Of a DNA stretch of 64,000 nucleotides, positions 38,113-50,736 are shown piece by piece. Below the pieces are notes generated by a model, which saw only the letters and a program-made list of their open reading frames with translations, searched no databases and had not been told where the DNA came from. Origin of the DNA: Phoronis australis (Eukaryota; Animalia; Phoronida); assembly GCA_002633005.1 (NCBI GenBank), contig NMRA01000064.1, forward strand, positions 876,360 to 940,359, in the 5' to 3' direction. The first letter of the stretch is position 1. Every line of letters begins with the position of its first letter. The position numbers were made by a program, and so were the translations under genes.

Positions 38113-38360
38113 CATGCGCGCACCTGGGGGGCTCGGGACTCGGGGGGGGGGGAGGCTCGATGGCAAAGTGGGCCAAAAGGTCCGCCTCAGGGAAACAAAA
38201 TATCCGAGAAAAACGAGACAAAAGTCCAATGAAAAGGCAGGATATGGCGTATACACAATTCATAGCCATGAACGAACCCCGTATTTGTTTTTTTCTTTAG
38301 TAAAAGGCCCAAATCCTCAAAAATTCGAGCCCCTCTTAATTTTAGGCTGGATGCGCGAAT
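38113..38360. mobile_element. MITE, CATGCGCGCACC family, copy 1
   Basis: Shares ends and internal aaagtgggc..aaa.gtccgcc and aattcgagcccc with 59182-59429. Confidence 0.6.
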
Positions 38361-38832
38361 AGCCTGTGTATAGTAGGCACGGGAAGTGCAAGTTAACGAT
38401 TCAGTTTTGAAGAACAAAAATTCATTGCGCAGTACTACTAGTGCTGGAAACCAAAAACATCGAAGAAGTTCAAACGCAACCTTTCCAAGTTGATGACCAA
38501 TAAGCTTGATTTTATTTATTTAAAGGCGAAGGCAACCTTTTTCAATGTCATTTTGAGCTAAAATAAGGTGGGTTGGTTATCCTAGACATATTTTCCACTT
38601 AATTACAGCTTTTCGTAATTTTATTAATTACTCGTCCGCTACTGCGGAAGTGACGTTTTAGGAGGCAAGCGTTTCCCACCACTTGGTTTTATTCTACTTT
38701 TGTTTTGTGCTGTTTTTCAACAATTGTCGCCACCACTTTCCATCGGCGAGTATTCTATGGCAAGATAGGTTAGTAGAGAACTCAACTACGTTGGATTTAG
38801 GGATTGTTAAGCCTGTGTGTTGTAAGCTGAAA

Positions 38833-39133
38833 ATGGCTGGAGTCGGTGACCCGTATCACAGTGACAGTAGTGTGAGTGGCGGCCGAGACCTTGTTCACAG
38901 CAGTGGTGACGAGGAATTTTTTCACGGACATTCAGTGGGTGGGTACATGTTTGAGCCCGAGTATAACGAGACAGAGTACGCACAGGCACAGGCAGCTGTT
39001 GAGAGAAACGAGGCGGCTACTGAGGACAGACGTGGTGACACTTGGTGCAAATGCACTGTGTGCGTTGTTATGCCTACCTTAATGGAATGCTTGTGCTGTT
39101 CAGAGTTCGATGAGGCCAAGCCACTACTGGGCA
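38833..39133 (+). pseudogene. Truncated KolX / P2X7-ballast-like Cys-rich protein
   Basis: GYMFEPEY...WCKCTVCVVMPTLMECLCCSE. Confidence 0.75.
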
Positions 39134-39780
39134 TGGTTAAGTGGACCTCCGGCATACCACGGACAGAGGAACAACTGTCCCACTTGCCAGAGTGTCTCGC
39201 GACACACTCCCACTGGATGGTGACCTGAGCACCCTAACGCTTACATCATGTCGTGTGACTCCCTCGCCACACACCTGGTACCTTCTAAATAGACAAGTCC
39301 ACAATAAACTTATCAAAGTTTGGCTCACCGATCTGTTCAGTGAACGACAAACTGTCCTCTTCACTGGGTGTTGAACTGGGCCTGTAATCACTCCCACTAC
39401 TCAATATCGCTGCAGGGCTGCTTAGAGGCTCTGGGCTGGAGAAAACAGCACAGGGTGAATCACTACTGGTTCCAGGAATTGCACGCTCTGGGGTACGTGC
39501 GGAGGCACAGGTGACAGTAGATGAAGTGCCTCCACTGGCTCCAGTCACTGTACTGGCCACAGTTTGCGAGGCTTCCCGATTCAAAAACGTACTTCTCGGG
39601 GGTGGCGACGGGGCACTGCCGAGAATCAACACCGACGGAATGGCATCCTTCTTCAGGCGTTGTTTTGCAGGGACCTTCATCAGTTCAGCGTACAAATCCC
39701 TTTCGTAACCGGAGGGCAGAAAGTGCTTGCCACACACACGGTAATACTCCACTGCTTTGTACGTTGCGTGGACGGGTAAC
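39134..39780 (-). pseudogene. Truncated THAP-domain Kolobok transposase N-terminus
   Basis: VCGKHF...LKKDAIPSV (THAP end), then KFIVDLS and, after frameshifts, GAQVTIQWECVARHSGKWDS...GMPEVHL. Confidence 0.75.
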
Positions 39781-40034
39781 CCTCACAGTCAGACTATATG
39801 AAAAGAAATTGGCGCGAAATGCTTGCCTCCTAAAACGTCACTTCCGCAGTAGCGGACGAGTAATTAATAAAATTACGAAAACCTGTAATTAAGTGGAAAA
39901 TATGTCTAGGATAACCAACCAACCTTATTTCAGCTCAAAATGACATGGAAAAAGGTTGCCTTCGCCTTTAAGTACCTAAACTTCGTGTGTCATCTACGTT
40001 TGTAATCTAAACCCAGTAATCCAGTTCCTAATCC

Positions 40035-40680
40035 AATAAACAATTTATTGTCGTTTGAATTGTGAGAACATTTTAGGACACATTGTTGAGTTGTCCGACA
40101 TTCATCAATTTCCTTGAGAATTATTTCAGATAGACAGAAATCATTTAGTGTAGTTTTATATCTGGGGATCTGATGATAGATCGAATTTTCCCAATTTCGA
40201 CCTGCATTGAGGTATTGTCATTTCTCACAAGATTAGCTTCTAATTGTCAAAAAATCATCTCTCAATAAGTCCACTTTCGTAGGTACATAAACATGTAAAT
40301 CAGAAACCAACAATAAAATCCATGAGCAATGCGTTTACCTTGATTTAATGACTTAATTTCTTTTTAATCCCCTGTTAGTGACTTTAAACAACAAATCTTG
40401 TACCGAAGTCAAAAAGCAATGCATTTATTGTCATTTGAATTTTGAGAAAAATTTTTTGGGAAGTGTCCACATTTCATCAATGCTCTTGACAGTTATAATT
40501 TTAGATAGGCAAAAAGCGTCCAAGTGCACTTTACTATTTGGGGATCGGATTATAGTTTTTCCATATTCAGGCTTCAACTTAGTTTCCTGAATCGTCATCA
40601 TTTCTTAAAAGATTAGCTTCTAATTGCCAAAAATCACCTATTAACCTGTCGGTTTTCGTAGATACATAAACATGTACATG
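40035..40680. repeat. Diverged tandem duplication, period about 380 bp
   Basis: atttattgtc.tttgaatt, catcaat, agattagcttctaattg and ttcgtag.tacataaacatgta each occur twice in the same order. Confidence 0.7.
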
Positions 40681-41227
40681 AGACGAATTTGTTAATGAAA
40701 ACGGAATGTTATAGGCAATTTCCGCATGCATGCTCGCAGTCTTTTGCCGGGTAACTGGGGGAATATGGGAAATTGAACATCATAGTGAGGCGTATGTTTG
40801 CTCTTTCCGAGGTATCTATAACGGTTCACGAATTTAACTTGACCTCAAAAAAACACGCTGAAATATTTTCTTAATTTGTTTATAATTGCGAGTATTTGGG
40901 CACGCTCGTTCGACATGTACACGGTCACCCCAGTGGTAGCCTCGACAGCAGTGTTTTCCACATGTGGGAATTCCTTACAAACAAATCATAGTAACCTTCT
41001 TCAAAAGAGATACTATTCTTGTGATAATATGGGAAACAGTAACATTATGTTATAACTAGCCATCGGAAATAGTCCTTTTGTGTAATTAATAAACAACAGT
41101 CTTCACGTTCTTAAAAATTCCTGACTCCCTTTCGATGGTGGTCAATCCTATTGTATTTTTTCGATTTTGATACTGTTGCACTGTGCACGAATGATTTGTG
41201 TTTTTTTGATGAATTTTGAATCATAAT

Positions 41228-42607
41228 ACACCGTAGCTTACAAAGTTCGGCAGGTCAATTTACCAAGGTCCGTAGCAGGAGTTTGGGGTCTGTTCGGAGA
41301 TAAATTCGAAGTATTCTTCCGTGAGATACAGACAGGAGAACCTAGATCTGTGTTGCTTAGACTTGTGATTTTTTGAGTTCTAAACACACAAAACGCTTGT
41401 TATCCCGGCCAGTGGCTCGGAACCCGATCCGTTCCGTCGCGGCCGGACTGACTCGTTTTCTCGGCCAGTGGTTCGGAGCCCGATCAGGCCCGTCGCGGCC
41501 GCCGGTACTGGTACGAACATAAACCAGCTTGAGTTGGAAACTAAACCTCCAGTCACGAAAAGACTATATTAGTGAGCCAAAGGAATAATGTGCCCGTAAT
41601 TTTTTATGTGAACTAGCCACGAAATTGAAAATCCACTTACTTGTCGGGAGCCGCCAAGTTGGATTCCCCTTCCACAGACCGTCATGGCAAAGGTTGCACA
41701 GTAACAATGATTTGAATAATGTATTTGTATTTCTAAATAAAGATTCCCCTAACATGTGACCATAGCATATAAAATCGAGTAATTATTTCACAACAGCAAG
41801 CACTGAATTAGCATGCGCTCACACGATGCCCGGTCAATTACCTTTATTGCCGGCATCAAAAGCCGGTAACGCAGTGGTTTATTCGTTGCTGGTTTCTCAA
41901 CATTTGCACTCACGAACACTCCAAGGCATTACAAATTGTATCTAATGAGACAGACTTTGTTCCAGTTTTATATAAGTATTGGTTAGGATGAGAATTATTC
42001 ATTTTGAAACAGAACGCAGAAAATAAACGTCTACTTGGCAACTCGCCAGTCGCCAATCCCGACTTAGTCAAGAGCTCATCCGACGAAGACTTCATGGGGC
42101 GGATCGTTAGGTTTCACAGGCTATCTGTTCGAACCGGAATAAACTGATCAAGAAATACTAGAGCGGCGCCGTGAACATGCACAGGCAACGGAACGTATGG
42201 ATAGTTCTTTGGTAAGCCGGAATTCGTCAGAGAAATCATTGCCGACGAAATGCCGGCCACAGACACCGAGATGATTCACAGCCTCATACTTGCTAGTAAC
42301 AGCGTACCTTTCATTCTTCACTACCACGAGCCACTTCCTAAGCATTTCGGACTCTCGAGGAAGTCGAAAAAAAGATATACCCGCTTTCTTCGCAGCTTTA
42401 TAGTTCGAACAAGCGGAAACGATGCACCACAATATTGCGGCATTCACTCTGCAGACGAACCACTGACGTCGCTGCGTCGTTTCTCACCTTCCTCTCATGT
42501 TAACGCGACACCTCTCGGCAAGGTGAGGTCGACCGTATAAGAGGCAATGTGGATATAGACCGATTAAGACGGTAAAGAAGACTAATTAAATCGGGTGGCA
42601 TTCTCCT
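41228..42607 (-). mobile_element. Kolobok-type family A, copy 2: inverted, one end truncated
   Basis: Reverse complement of about 35088-36460; ends GTGGCATTCTCCT|CTAA; THAP stub ORF at 42148-42447. Confidence 0.85.
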
Positions 42608-43836
42608 CTAATTTCACTTAGCCAGTTATGTCCAACCATCAGGCCTTTTGTTTCATAATTGCCCAAACATGGCTGAGATCTTACCCACTGTGAGTGCACT
42701 TCATTGAATAAATGGCTCTGTAAAAGTTTAATTGTTCTAAAAGCCCTTCGACCCACGACCTGCGGCACTAGATGCATTTGACATCTACGCTTTTTACACT
42801 TTTCATAATCATCATACGTGACTTTCTCATAAGACTTTCCTACACGCGAATCTGCTCTGGCTCAAGTCTTGTGGTTAAAAACAGGAAGTGGCGTAAGAAC
42901 ATTATGTGAAAAAGCGGAATGTGATTGTGCTATTGTTGTCCACGAGCGGCTACCAATGGCCCTGTTCTACTAAACTTAGGGAGAGAGCACGTTAGCGTGA
43001 ATGTACACAACTTCACATTTTTATTGTTTTCTTTCTGTTGTATACTCGTTTACAATATAGTACATGTAACGTTGTTTTAGTTAACAGTTAGTTTTTTCAA
43101 ACTGTAAAATTACATATTCGTGGCCTCCTCGCACTCTCCCAAGAAAATCTTGAATCTGCCATTCACTGAAGAGCAGACAAGACGATTACACTCTGCCAGG
43201 AACGACATTTGTAACATTGGTAGATCTTTATTTGATTTGGTCGCATAGTTTTTTTGTTTTTGGCCTTCAAAATTGCTCAATCGACTATCTTGATTGCAAA
43301 AAACAGAAATCAAATAGATGTTGCAAATCCGTGCAGTTACCGACGAATAAAAATATAAAGTAATAAAACTAGTAAAGCTAAAATGACGAGCGTCGGTACT
43401 AAAATATATTAAAATATCCCCACGTATCGAGCGATGCGCTCTTTGTCAAAGGCGTGCTACAGACTGCAAAAAGCAGAGAAAAGCCAGCCGAGGTCACGGC
43501 CAGACTCGTTGGTCCTGCAAGTCAGCACTTGTTCTACATGTATGTTCAGATCAAGTCGAGCTTGTGTACACTGGGTCGAGGGAGATGTGGTTCGTGGGTC
43601 AAGGGGGTCATAGTCAAGGGGGTCGTGGGACGAGGGGCTCGTGAGTCGAGGGGGTTTCAGAACAATCCGTAAAAGGTGCTGAATAATTGGCGTATATGCT
43701 GAGACAGCAGACACTGGATACTTGACTCCCACAATCAGCTCTATTCCGGTTATCTGGGAGGCCCGTAAACAAGAGAAAATTATAATGGGTTGGCCTCCAC
43801 CTTGGGACAATGCTTATCATCTCTGCTAGCTCCAAT

Positions 43837-43871
43837 CATAGATTATAGACAACCATGTACTATAGTCTATG
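43837..43871. mobile_element. P-element-like remnant or excision footprint (35 bp)
   Basis: ctccaat|CATAGATTATAG..CTATAGTCTATG|ctccaat. Confidence 0.6.
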
Positions 43872-44534
43872 CTCCAATGGAGCTGAAGACACTGAGCATT
43901 GTCTGGTATCAGTTATGGATTATTTCCCCTGCTTTCATTACTACAATTCAAGATGGCGCGCAGTAGATGCAGCCTGAGTGTTGTATAGCGGCTAAGGAGT
44001 ACCTACGGCTTGGCTGTGTTTGGGAGGATTTGAAGGTGACTTAAAGGCAAGTACTCTCTATATCAGAAAAGTGGCGCAAGTGATGGACCAACTGTATTAA
44101 AAAGAAGCCTTAGCCGAAGAGCGGGCACCTACATGTAAGCTAAAATAATGACCCCAGCCGAAGAGTCGACCTTCTCACATTAATATAGATGTCCCTGCCA
44201 AAAAGGCAGCCATAGATCGAGGCAACCTGTGTTAATATAGTTGGTTTCGCAACAGAAAGAGACCGAAGAGCGGGCCATCTATATTAGTATAGATGCCTTA
44301 TTTGGGCCCTCAAATGAATTTCTTGCCTACATCATTAAAATAAGAACAAGTTATTTAGAATAACAATCTGTTTTCATTCATTTTTTATTTTCTTCAAAGC
44401 CAGTTCGGACATTTTTCTATCACTCCAAGCACTAAAATCTAATTCAAGTATTGTTAGCTTAATGTAGCTTAACTTTGCTTTCGACCATAGTTTATAGTTA
44501 AAAAGTAAGAAAAACGAGTCAAAATGTCATGAAT

Positions 44535-47500
44535 TCACACGCTTGGTTTAATTTTCATAACCGTCTCTTTAAGAAAATATATATCTTTGGCGTTTGATTT
44601 ATAGTGCATGCATTTCCAACTTTCAACAGGGCACTTGTCCGCGTATGGGTAGTAACCATTGAAGTGCAATGCTGCACAGTCACGGAACCACCAACCGCTA
44701 GACGTCATCTCTGCGCAACTCTCACTGACAGCGCTGTCGTTGTCTTGATCGGGTGCCGAAAACAATATCCCATTTTCAGTTTCCATGGTTGCAGATGTTA
44801 TGTCCGTATTATTTGGTGGTGATATGGATAGTCTATACTTTTGTTTTTCGCTATCGAGTGCAAAGGAGGCGTGGTCACGTGTCACAATTTGACCACTCCA
44901 CTCCGTCATAATGTACCGTAGCCTATATTGCGCTTGCTGAGTAATGTAGTGAATGTTATCATTGCCAAGCCACAGTTCCCCGTCAGGTGTACCAAACCCT
45001 TCCTTGTAATCGTTCCAGGGTCTATCAAAGTTAAGACTTCCGTCAAATCTTCTTTGAATAACCGTCCAACCATCCTGGCAAAGTACGTCAAACGATTTCG
45101 TGCTGTTCAAGTGCCGAATGACCAGGTATCCCGTGTAGTTTATTGCTGAAATACGAAAGTCAGGTAAGACGCCCCTCCAACCAAAAAACGGACCACTTGC
45201 CATTATGAAACTAGTTCCGTCATGTTCTTTACTCAGGTAACAAGCAATATCGTTTGGAAAAAAATGGCAGTTGATCACTGTTTGAATTCATGGTCGATAA
45301 GTTGACATGACACGGCTGGTCATTTTGATGGGTCGAACATGATCTCATTCAATAGCAAAATTCATATTTCTCACAAGCTTTAAAACGGAGTGTAGTATAA
45401 ATCAGTTTTGGACAGGTTCAAGGGTGCTTTCAAATTTGGCTCCGTCGGGTGGAAAAGGTCACGGTTCAGGATAGCAGATATTGATAGAACACGAGTTGCC
45501 AGTGGCCCGTGAATAACATAGTCCGTTTTTCAGTGCTGAAGATGCGAAGGAAAGACGAGTTAACCCCCATAAGAATGAATAAGTATTCTTTCACACATGT
45601 GATCTGTAAGAACATAATTTTTAAAAGGGAAATCGTCGAAGTTTGCAAAAGCCGCATAGCAGTTATTTTTTTGCGACATTAATTAATTTATAAAAGCATA
45701 GACAATTATATTTTTTATCAAACAATGGATTATTTAATGGGGTTCGACGGTTCTAATTCGTTGTTAATTTCCATATTTTGTATTTTGACCACTCCACGTC
45801 CGGAAAAATACGGGGTCAGATTTTTCCATTAGAAAGACGCTGCACCGCTCGTTCTCAACAAGTGCCCCAACGCGTTTTCAGACTTTGCTAAAGTAAGCGC
45901 CCAGCCCATGAACTACATGCGAAAAATGCCCTTACCTACAGTTCTAACGTCTCCAATTTATCAATTGAAAGATCCGACAGCCTGAATTTGTAACGGACCA
46001 CGAGCCTCACCGTTATGTCCGTATACACTTCAAACTTACGCCGCGATTCAAAAAGAACGCAGAAGTTTTGCTGCTCTTGCGAGGGATGTGCCCCACTACG
46101 CGNNNNNNNNNNNNNNNNNNNNNNNNNNNNNNNNNNNNNNNNNNNNNNNNNNNNNNNNNNNNNNNNNNNNNNNNNNNNNNNNNNNNNNNNNNNNNNNNNN
46201 NNNNNNNNNNNNNNNNNNNNNNNNNNNNNNNNNNNNNNNNNNNNNNNNNNNNNNNNNNNNNNNNNNNNNNNNNNNNNNNNNNNNNNNNNNNNNNNNNNNN
46301 NNNNNNNNNNNNNNNNNNNNNNNNNNNNNNNNNNNNNNNNNNNNNNNNNNNNNNNNNNNNNNNNNNNNNNNNNNNNNNNNNNNNNNNNNNNNNNNNNNNN
46401 NNNNNNNNNNNNNNNNNNNNNNNNNNNNNNNNNNNNNNNNNNNNNNNNNNNNNNNNNNNNNNNNNNNNNNNNNNNNNNNNNNNNNNNNNNNNNNNNNNNN
46501 NNNNNNNNNNNNNNNNNNNNNNNNNNNNNNNNNNNNNNNNNNNNNNNNNNNNNNNNNNNNNNNNNNNNNNNNNNNNNNNNNNNNNNNNNNNNNNNNNNNN
46601 NNNNNNNNNNNNNNNNNNNNNNNNNNNNNNNNNNNNNNNNNNNNNNNNNNNNNNNNNNNNNNNNNNNNNNNNNNNNNNNNNNNNNNNNNNNNNNNNNNNN
46701 NNNNNNNNNNNNNNNNNNNNNNNNNNNNNNNNNNNNNNNATGTCTCTGACCCATGTTTAACGCAGTTCTTGATCCTTGGGAAACAGGTAGTAACTAAATT
46801 TTTTATTTCGCTAACTGGTATTATAGCATGCCAGGCACACAACACGTATAACCTCCCTGTGGCCGGTTCGCCCCCACGCTTGCCGACGTACTTGTTTACC
46901 AGCTTAACCACAATGCAACATTCTGACCCATTTCCAATATGGCGGCGTTGCAACTCCGCTATTCTCACATCCAGGAACAGCGCAATACTATTCGGATCAA
47001 AATAGTAAACTCTGACGTAATCAAGACATCGAACTGGCTGCTGTTGCAACTGATATTATAGTTACGTAAAACCATGGCTTTTTTCGAACCCCGCTTATAA
47101 AAATGTCAAATTGTGCATTCTAGTATGATTCTGTTTGAGCAAAATTAACTCAAACAGTAAATCATTGATTGTGCCCAACGTTAACTAATGTAAGAAAACA
47201 GCAAATGTACGTAAATCGGAATGTACAGAAACTCAATGGTAAAGCACTAGACCGGCAATCTAGAGACCCGTGGTTCAATTCCCAGTTGGGGTTCCAGATG
47301 TTTCTGTGTTCATTTGTTTATAAGAAAATGAGTAAACCGGAAGATATGAATAAAGCTTTCAAAATACCTAAAACTGACGCTTCTGCAACGAAACAAATTC
47401 GTTCCGAAAGGATTGCAATGATTATCGTTAATTTAATTACAGTTGGCTTTTAAGTAACGCATGTAAGTTTAACATTTTGCCAAGTGCCTCTGTCTACTAG

Positions 47501-48706
47501 CGCCCTGAAACGGAAAATTATTTTGGTGATTCCCATTTTGTTTTATAGATTTACAGAAGGCCAAAATACAACACCAGTTTTTGTTTAAAGTTCAACGATG
47601 AACTAAAATAATGTCGAATCCCTTAAGACTGAAACTTTCTTAACGATAATGAAACATTAAGCATACCTGACTGCGAACAATCGGAAAATACCTGCAAAAT
47701 AGGAAAGATATTGTACCTTCACTTTGTATATCAAAGTTAAACTAAGTAACTGATAAAGGTGATGATTCTCATTTTGTGTTCCCGATATAAGGTTACTTAT
47801 TGTTCTGACAAAGTTTAGAAGGCCTCACTTTTCGAGACTACGATGCACGTAAATGTGGACAACGTTAAAGTTCTGTCGAACTTCGGAGCCTCATTCTCAG
47901 AAATGGCAGACCAGAGTCATACGAAACGTTTACATATTCTACTGTGAGCATTGTTCTTCAAATTACTTTTAAGAATTGTTTTTAAAATGCTCCACTTTTG
48001 CGTGAAAGGCAATAAAATGTGACTTCTACCACATTTAATAAAACAAAAGTTACATAAAACGTAAACGAAATGATACCATTGAAATCTGTAACAGCGTTTT
48101 TGAAGTTTCATCTTGGAGATTTGCGTCAAATGAAATTTATTTACATTATTGAGACCGTTGTTTTAGGAATGTTTTTGCTAAATTTTACTAAGAAGACATG
48201 GCTCGGTTGTCCAGTTAATGTTAGGTTGGCATAAAGTTAAACATGAATGTACACAGACTTCATACATTTAGAAATAATTACTTAGTTACTTGAATAATTG
48301 TACAAACTTGCCAGTAAGGTTCTACATAAATTTAAACTTAAGGCAAAGGGCAAGCAAAACAAAAGAAATTCTCTTCCAAACGGATTCCATATTGCCGTGA
48401 GATTTGTGGGTGAACATTAGGCCTACCTACCTTGCGCCCAAAAGCATACCCTCCTAACGGATTCTCCCTTACCCACTCATTACAGTGTCGACAACGTTTA
48501 CTAGTGCTGTCATATATAAAGTTGATACAAGAAGTGTCGCTGTTGCACGTGATAGAACATTCTCCAACAGCTCTGGCCACGTAATTGGCATTTCCAATGC
48601 AGTCGCTTTCGCTTGTTTTACCCAGTTTAAACTCCGTTAACATTGCTGAAACGCTTAAAAGACACCCTAGATGGGCGATTATAAAAACGACGATTTTTCC
48701 CGACAT
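44535..48706 (-). CDS. Secreted PAN/apple-like + fibrinogen C-terminal (FReD) protein
   Basis: Exon 48431-48706 has a signal peptide and CSITC....C.NF.Y....RC. Micro-exon 47667-47691 reads VFSDCSQS. Exon 44535-45145 has GWTVIQRRFDGSLNFDRPWNDYKEGFG..DGELWLGNDNIH, FSAPDQDND and GWWFRDC. Phases are consistent. Confidence 0.8.
46103..46739. other. Assembly gap (N run)
   Basis: Uninterrupted Ns. Confidence 1.
46740..46960 (-). mobile_element. End of an ISL2EU-like THAP element related to 52510-54021
   Basis: Terminus caatatggcggcgttgcaactccgct|at; degenerate [10 protein letters not shown]...YYLFPKDQELR. Confidence 0.65.
47228..47297 (+). mobile_element. tRNA-derived SINE head or tRNA pseudogene
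   Basis: CTCAATGGTAAAGCA A-box, ctaga/tctag anticodon stem and GGTTCAATTCCC B-box; no acceptor stem. Confidence 0.5.
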
Positions 48707-50736
48707 CGTGAAACTCGCGCGTGCCCGCATTTTATGAATAAAACTTCAAGAGCACACACAGTTAAATCACGCTGCGTTCCACTAATTCAATTTTCAATTT
48801 GAAAAACGTTAATTAAAATTCCAATTTTTGTTGAATATGCTATTTCTGATGTGGAATACGTAAATTGAAAATCCAACTTTTGTTCAATGTTTCATTTCCC
48901 GTTAAGTGCCGCATATCATTTCCCAACTAGCAGCCATGACTGCTTCCTAACACCATCCACTTAGCACAGCGCTTGGACGATTAATTTCTTTTGTTTGAGA
49001 TTAAGGAAACAGACCTGGTGTCAGTGATAATCACTGCTTATTCGTCAATAGTCCATTATCGTTCCCGCCCATTTTAGACAGCGTGGACTGTAAAAACTAA
49101 ATCAGTCATTGGAAATTGATCTTTCTCGTTGTTTGAACGACAAAATCTGCAAACTACAATTATAAAAGAGATTGAAACTGCTCTTACTTTCTTGATATGC
49201 ATCAACCTTTGTAGCCTTCCAGACTTGTCTACAACCGCACTAGAGAGCGCTTATTTGAGTATCTAATATCCCAATAGACTGCAGTGAAATTTAAATGGGG
49301 GAACGCATCATGTCACGAAGCGAAAATTGAAATTTTGATCATTGTTCAATAGCCCCTATTGAATGTGCAAAACAGAAATTGAGATTTTTAGCACAAATCA
49401 GTGTCTTAATTTGCGTTTTGCAAATTAAAATTAAATGAACGGAATGATTCTCTTGTTTCCAGTTGACTGTGTGCAGCCGGTGTCAGGAAGCTAAATTGTC
49501 ATGACTGAAATTTCATTTTTCGACCAATCAACAGGTAAAATGCTTGCAAACGACGAAGGACATTAGATTTTCGACATTCCAGATTACGATTATAATAACC
49601 TAATGACCACCACATGGTGATTTCTCAGTGACAGCCAGTGGGAAAAGTTTAACACAAATTTCGCTTTCACCGTCCAAAAACTCTACTTTCACTTAAGTCG
49701 TGATGACGTCATGTCTCGAATGTTACAGCAAAAAGCATAGCACTCATTAAAGTGGCTATAGAGCTGCCTCTTGTGACAAAAGCAAGTTTTGAATTAGATC
49801 AGGTACCTTCACGAAATTGATCTCAAGTTTCCGGGGTTGGGAAGCACGTGAAAATACGTCATCGCTTGAACCATGCACTACAGGTTGACTGGTGTGTCAT
49901 TTCATTCGCCAAGCACGGTCGCGAGCAATAACGACCAATCTGCTCGTTGCAATACCAAAATAACTTCTCATCTGAATTAATACCACTTTTAGAGTGGCAA
50001 GTTGTTGAAATCAAAAGTTACTCTTAGACAGAACGCCAGTTTATAGCAGTTTCGACTTATTTTTCATTTATCATGCATCGAATTCCTTTTTCAGTTCAAT
50101 TTATCCAGCGGATAACTTTTGAAGCTTTATGCAACTCAGCCCCAGTGGATTTTTTAAAATATCGTAAAAATGGTATTGTTATCGGTGGTATGTTGGAAAT
50201 GCACTGTAGGCTACTAATCTAACAAGTTCATCACCTAGACAACAGACCTATATTAATACATTGTACAAGCGAGCTCTACGGTCGTGTGCATTTTTAGACT
50301 GTTCAAATGACATCAATTTAAAAAATCCTGAGGGTTTGCAAAACGTTGAATTCGTAGTATCAATACAAAAACCACCAGAGAAAGCTTCGCATTGATGCAT
50401 TTGACAAGTGACAGTGAACACTTACCGGTCATCTTTTTTGAATGATATCACAATGTAACAAGCTGAAGGTGCCAATTACGAACTGAAATTTGGAAACGCG
50501 AGCAGAGATTTCAGTCAACTTGCGTCAGATCGCAACGCTTGCAACTTGGAATTCCACTCCTTCGGCAGCTGAATTTTTTGCTCTTTTCATACCTAGCGTT
50601 ACTTTCCTAGGCCTACGATACGAATGAATGCTCCAAGTCTTCGTAAAACATAAGATAAAAAGGGGGATTTCGCCTCGAATAGTTCTGAACACCACTGCCC
50701 AATTTGTTAGTGAAATTTAGACCTATATGTACACAC

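Larger units (their letters stand above)
38524..39967. mobile_element. Kolobok-type family B, internally deleted, ~150-bp TIRs
   Basis: TTAA|AGGCGAAGGCAACC...GGTTGCCTTCGCCT|TTAA with near-perfect long TIRs; convergent KolX-like and THAP-transposase stubs. Confidence 0.9.

Noticed and set aside
40035-40680. AP-endonuclease remnant (RSPNS-like) in the duplicated block
   Set aside because: Too degenerate to support beyond one short motif.
45146-45278. N-terminal part of the 247-aa FReD ORF taken as coding
   Set aside because: It has no true ATG or signal peptide, and a strong acceptor at 45146 marks it as intron.
45936-47049. Long ORFs of 230-317 aa in the ORF track
   Set aside because: Artefacts of translating through the N gap.
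47228-47297. Functional tRNA gene
   Set aside because: The acceptor stem does not pair and the anticodon loop lacks the invariant U; treated as a SINE or pseudogene.
47717-47741. Alternative 25-nt micro-exon (FNFDIQSE) for the FReD gene
   Set aside because: The phase fits, but the splice sites are weaker and it lacks the conserved DC; 47667-47691 is preferred.
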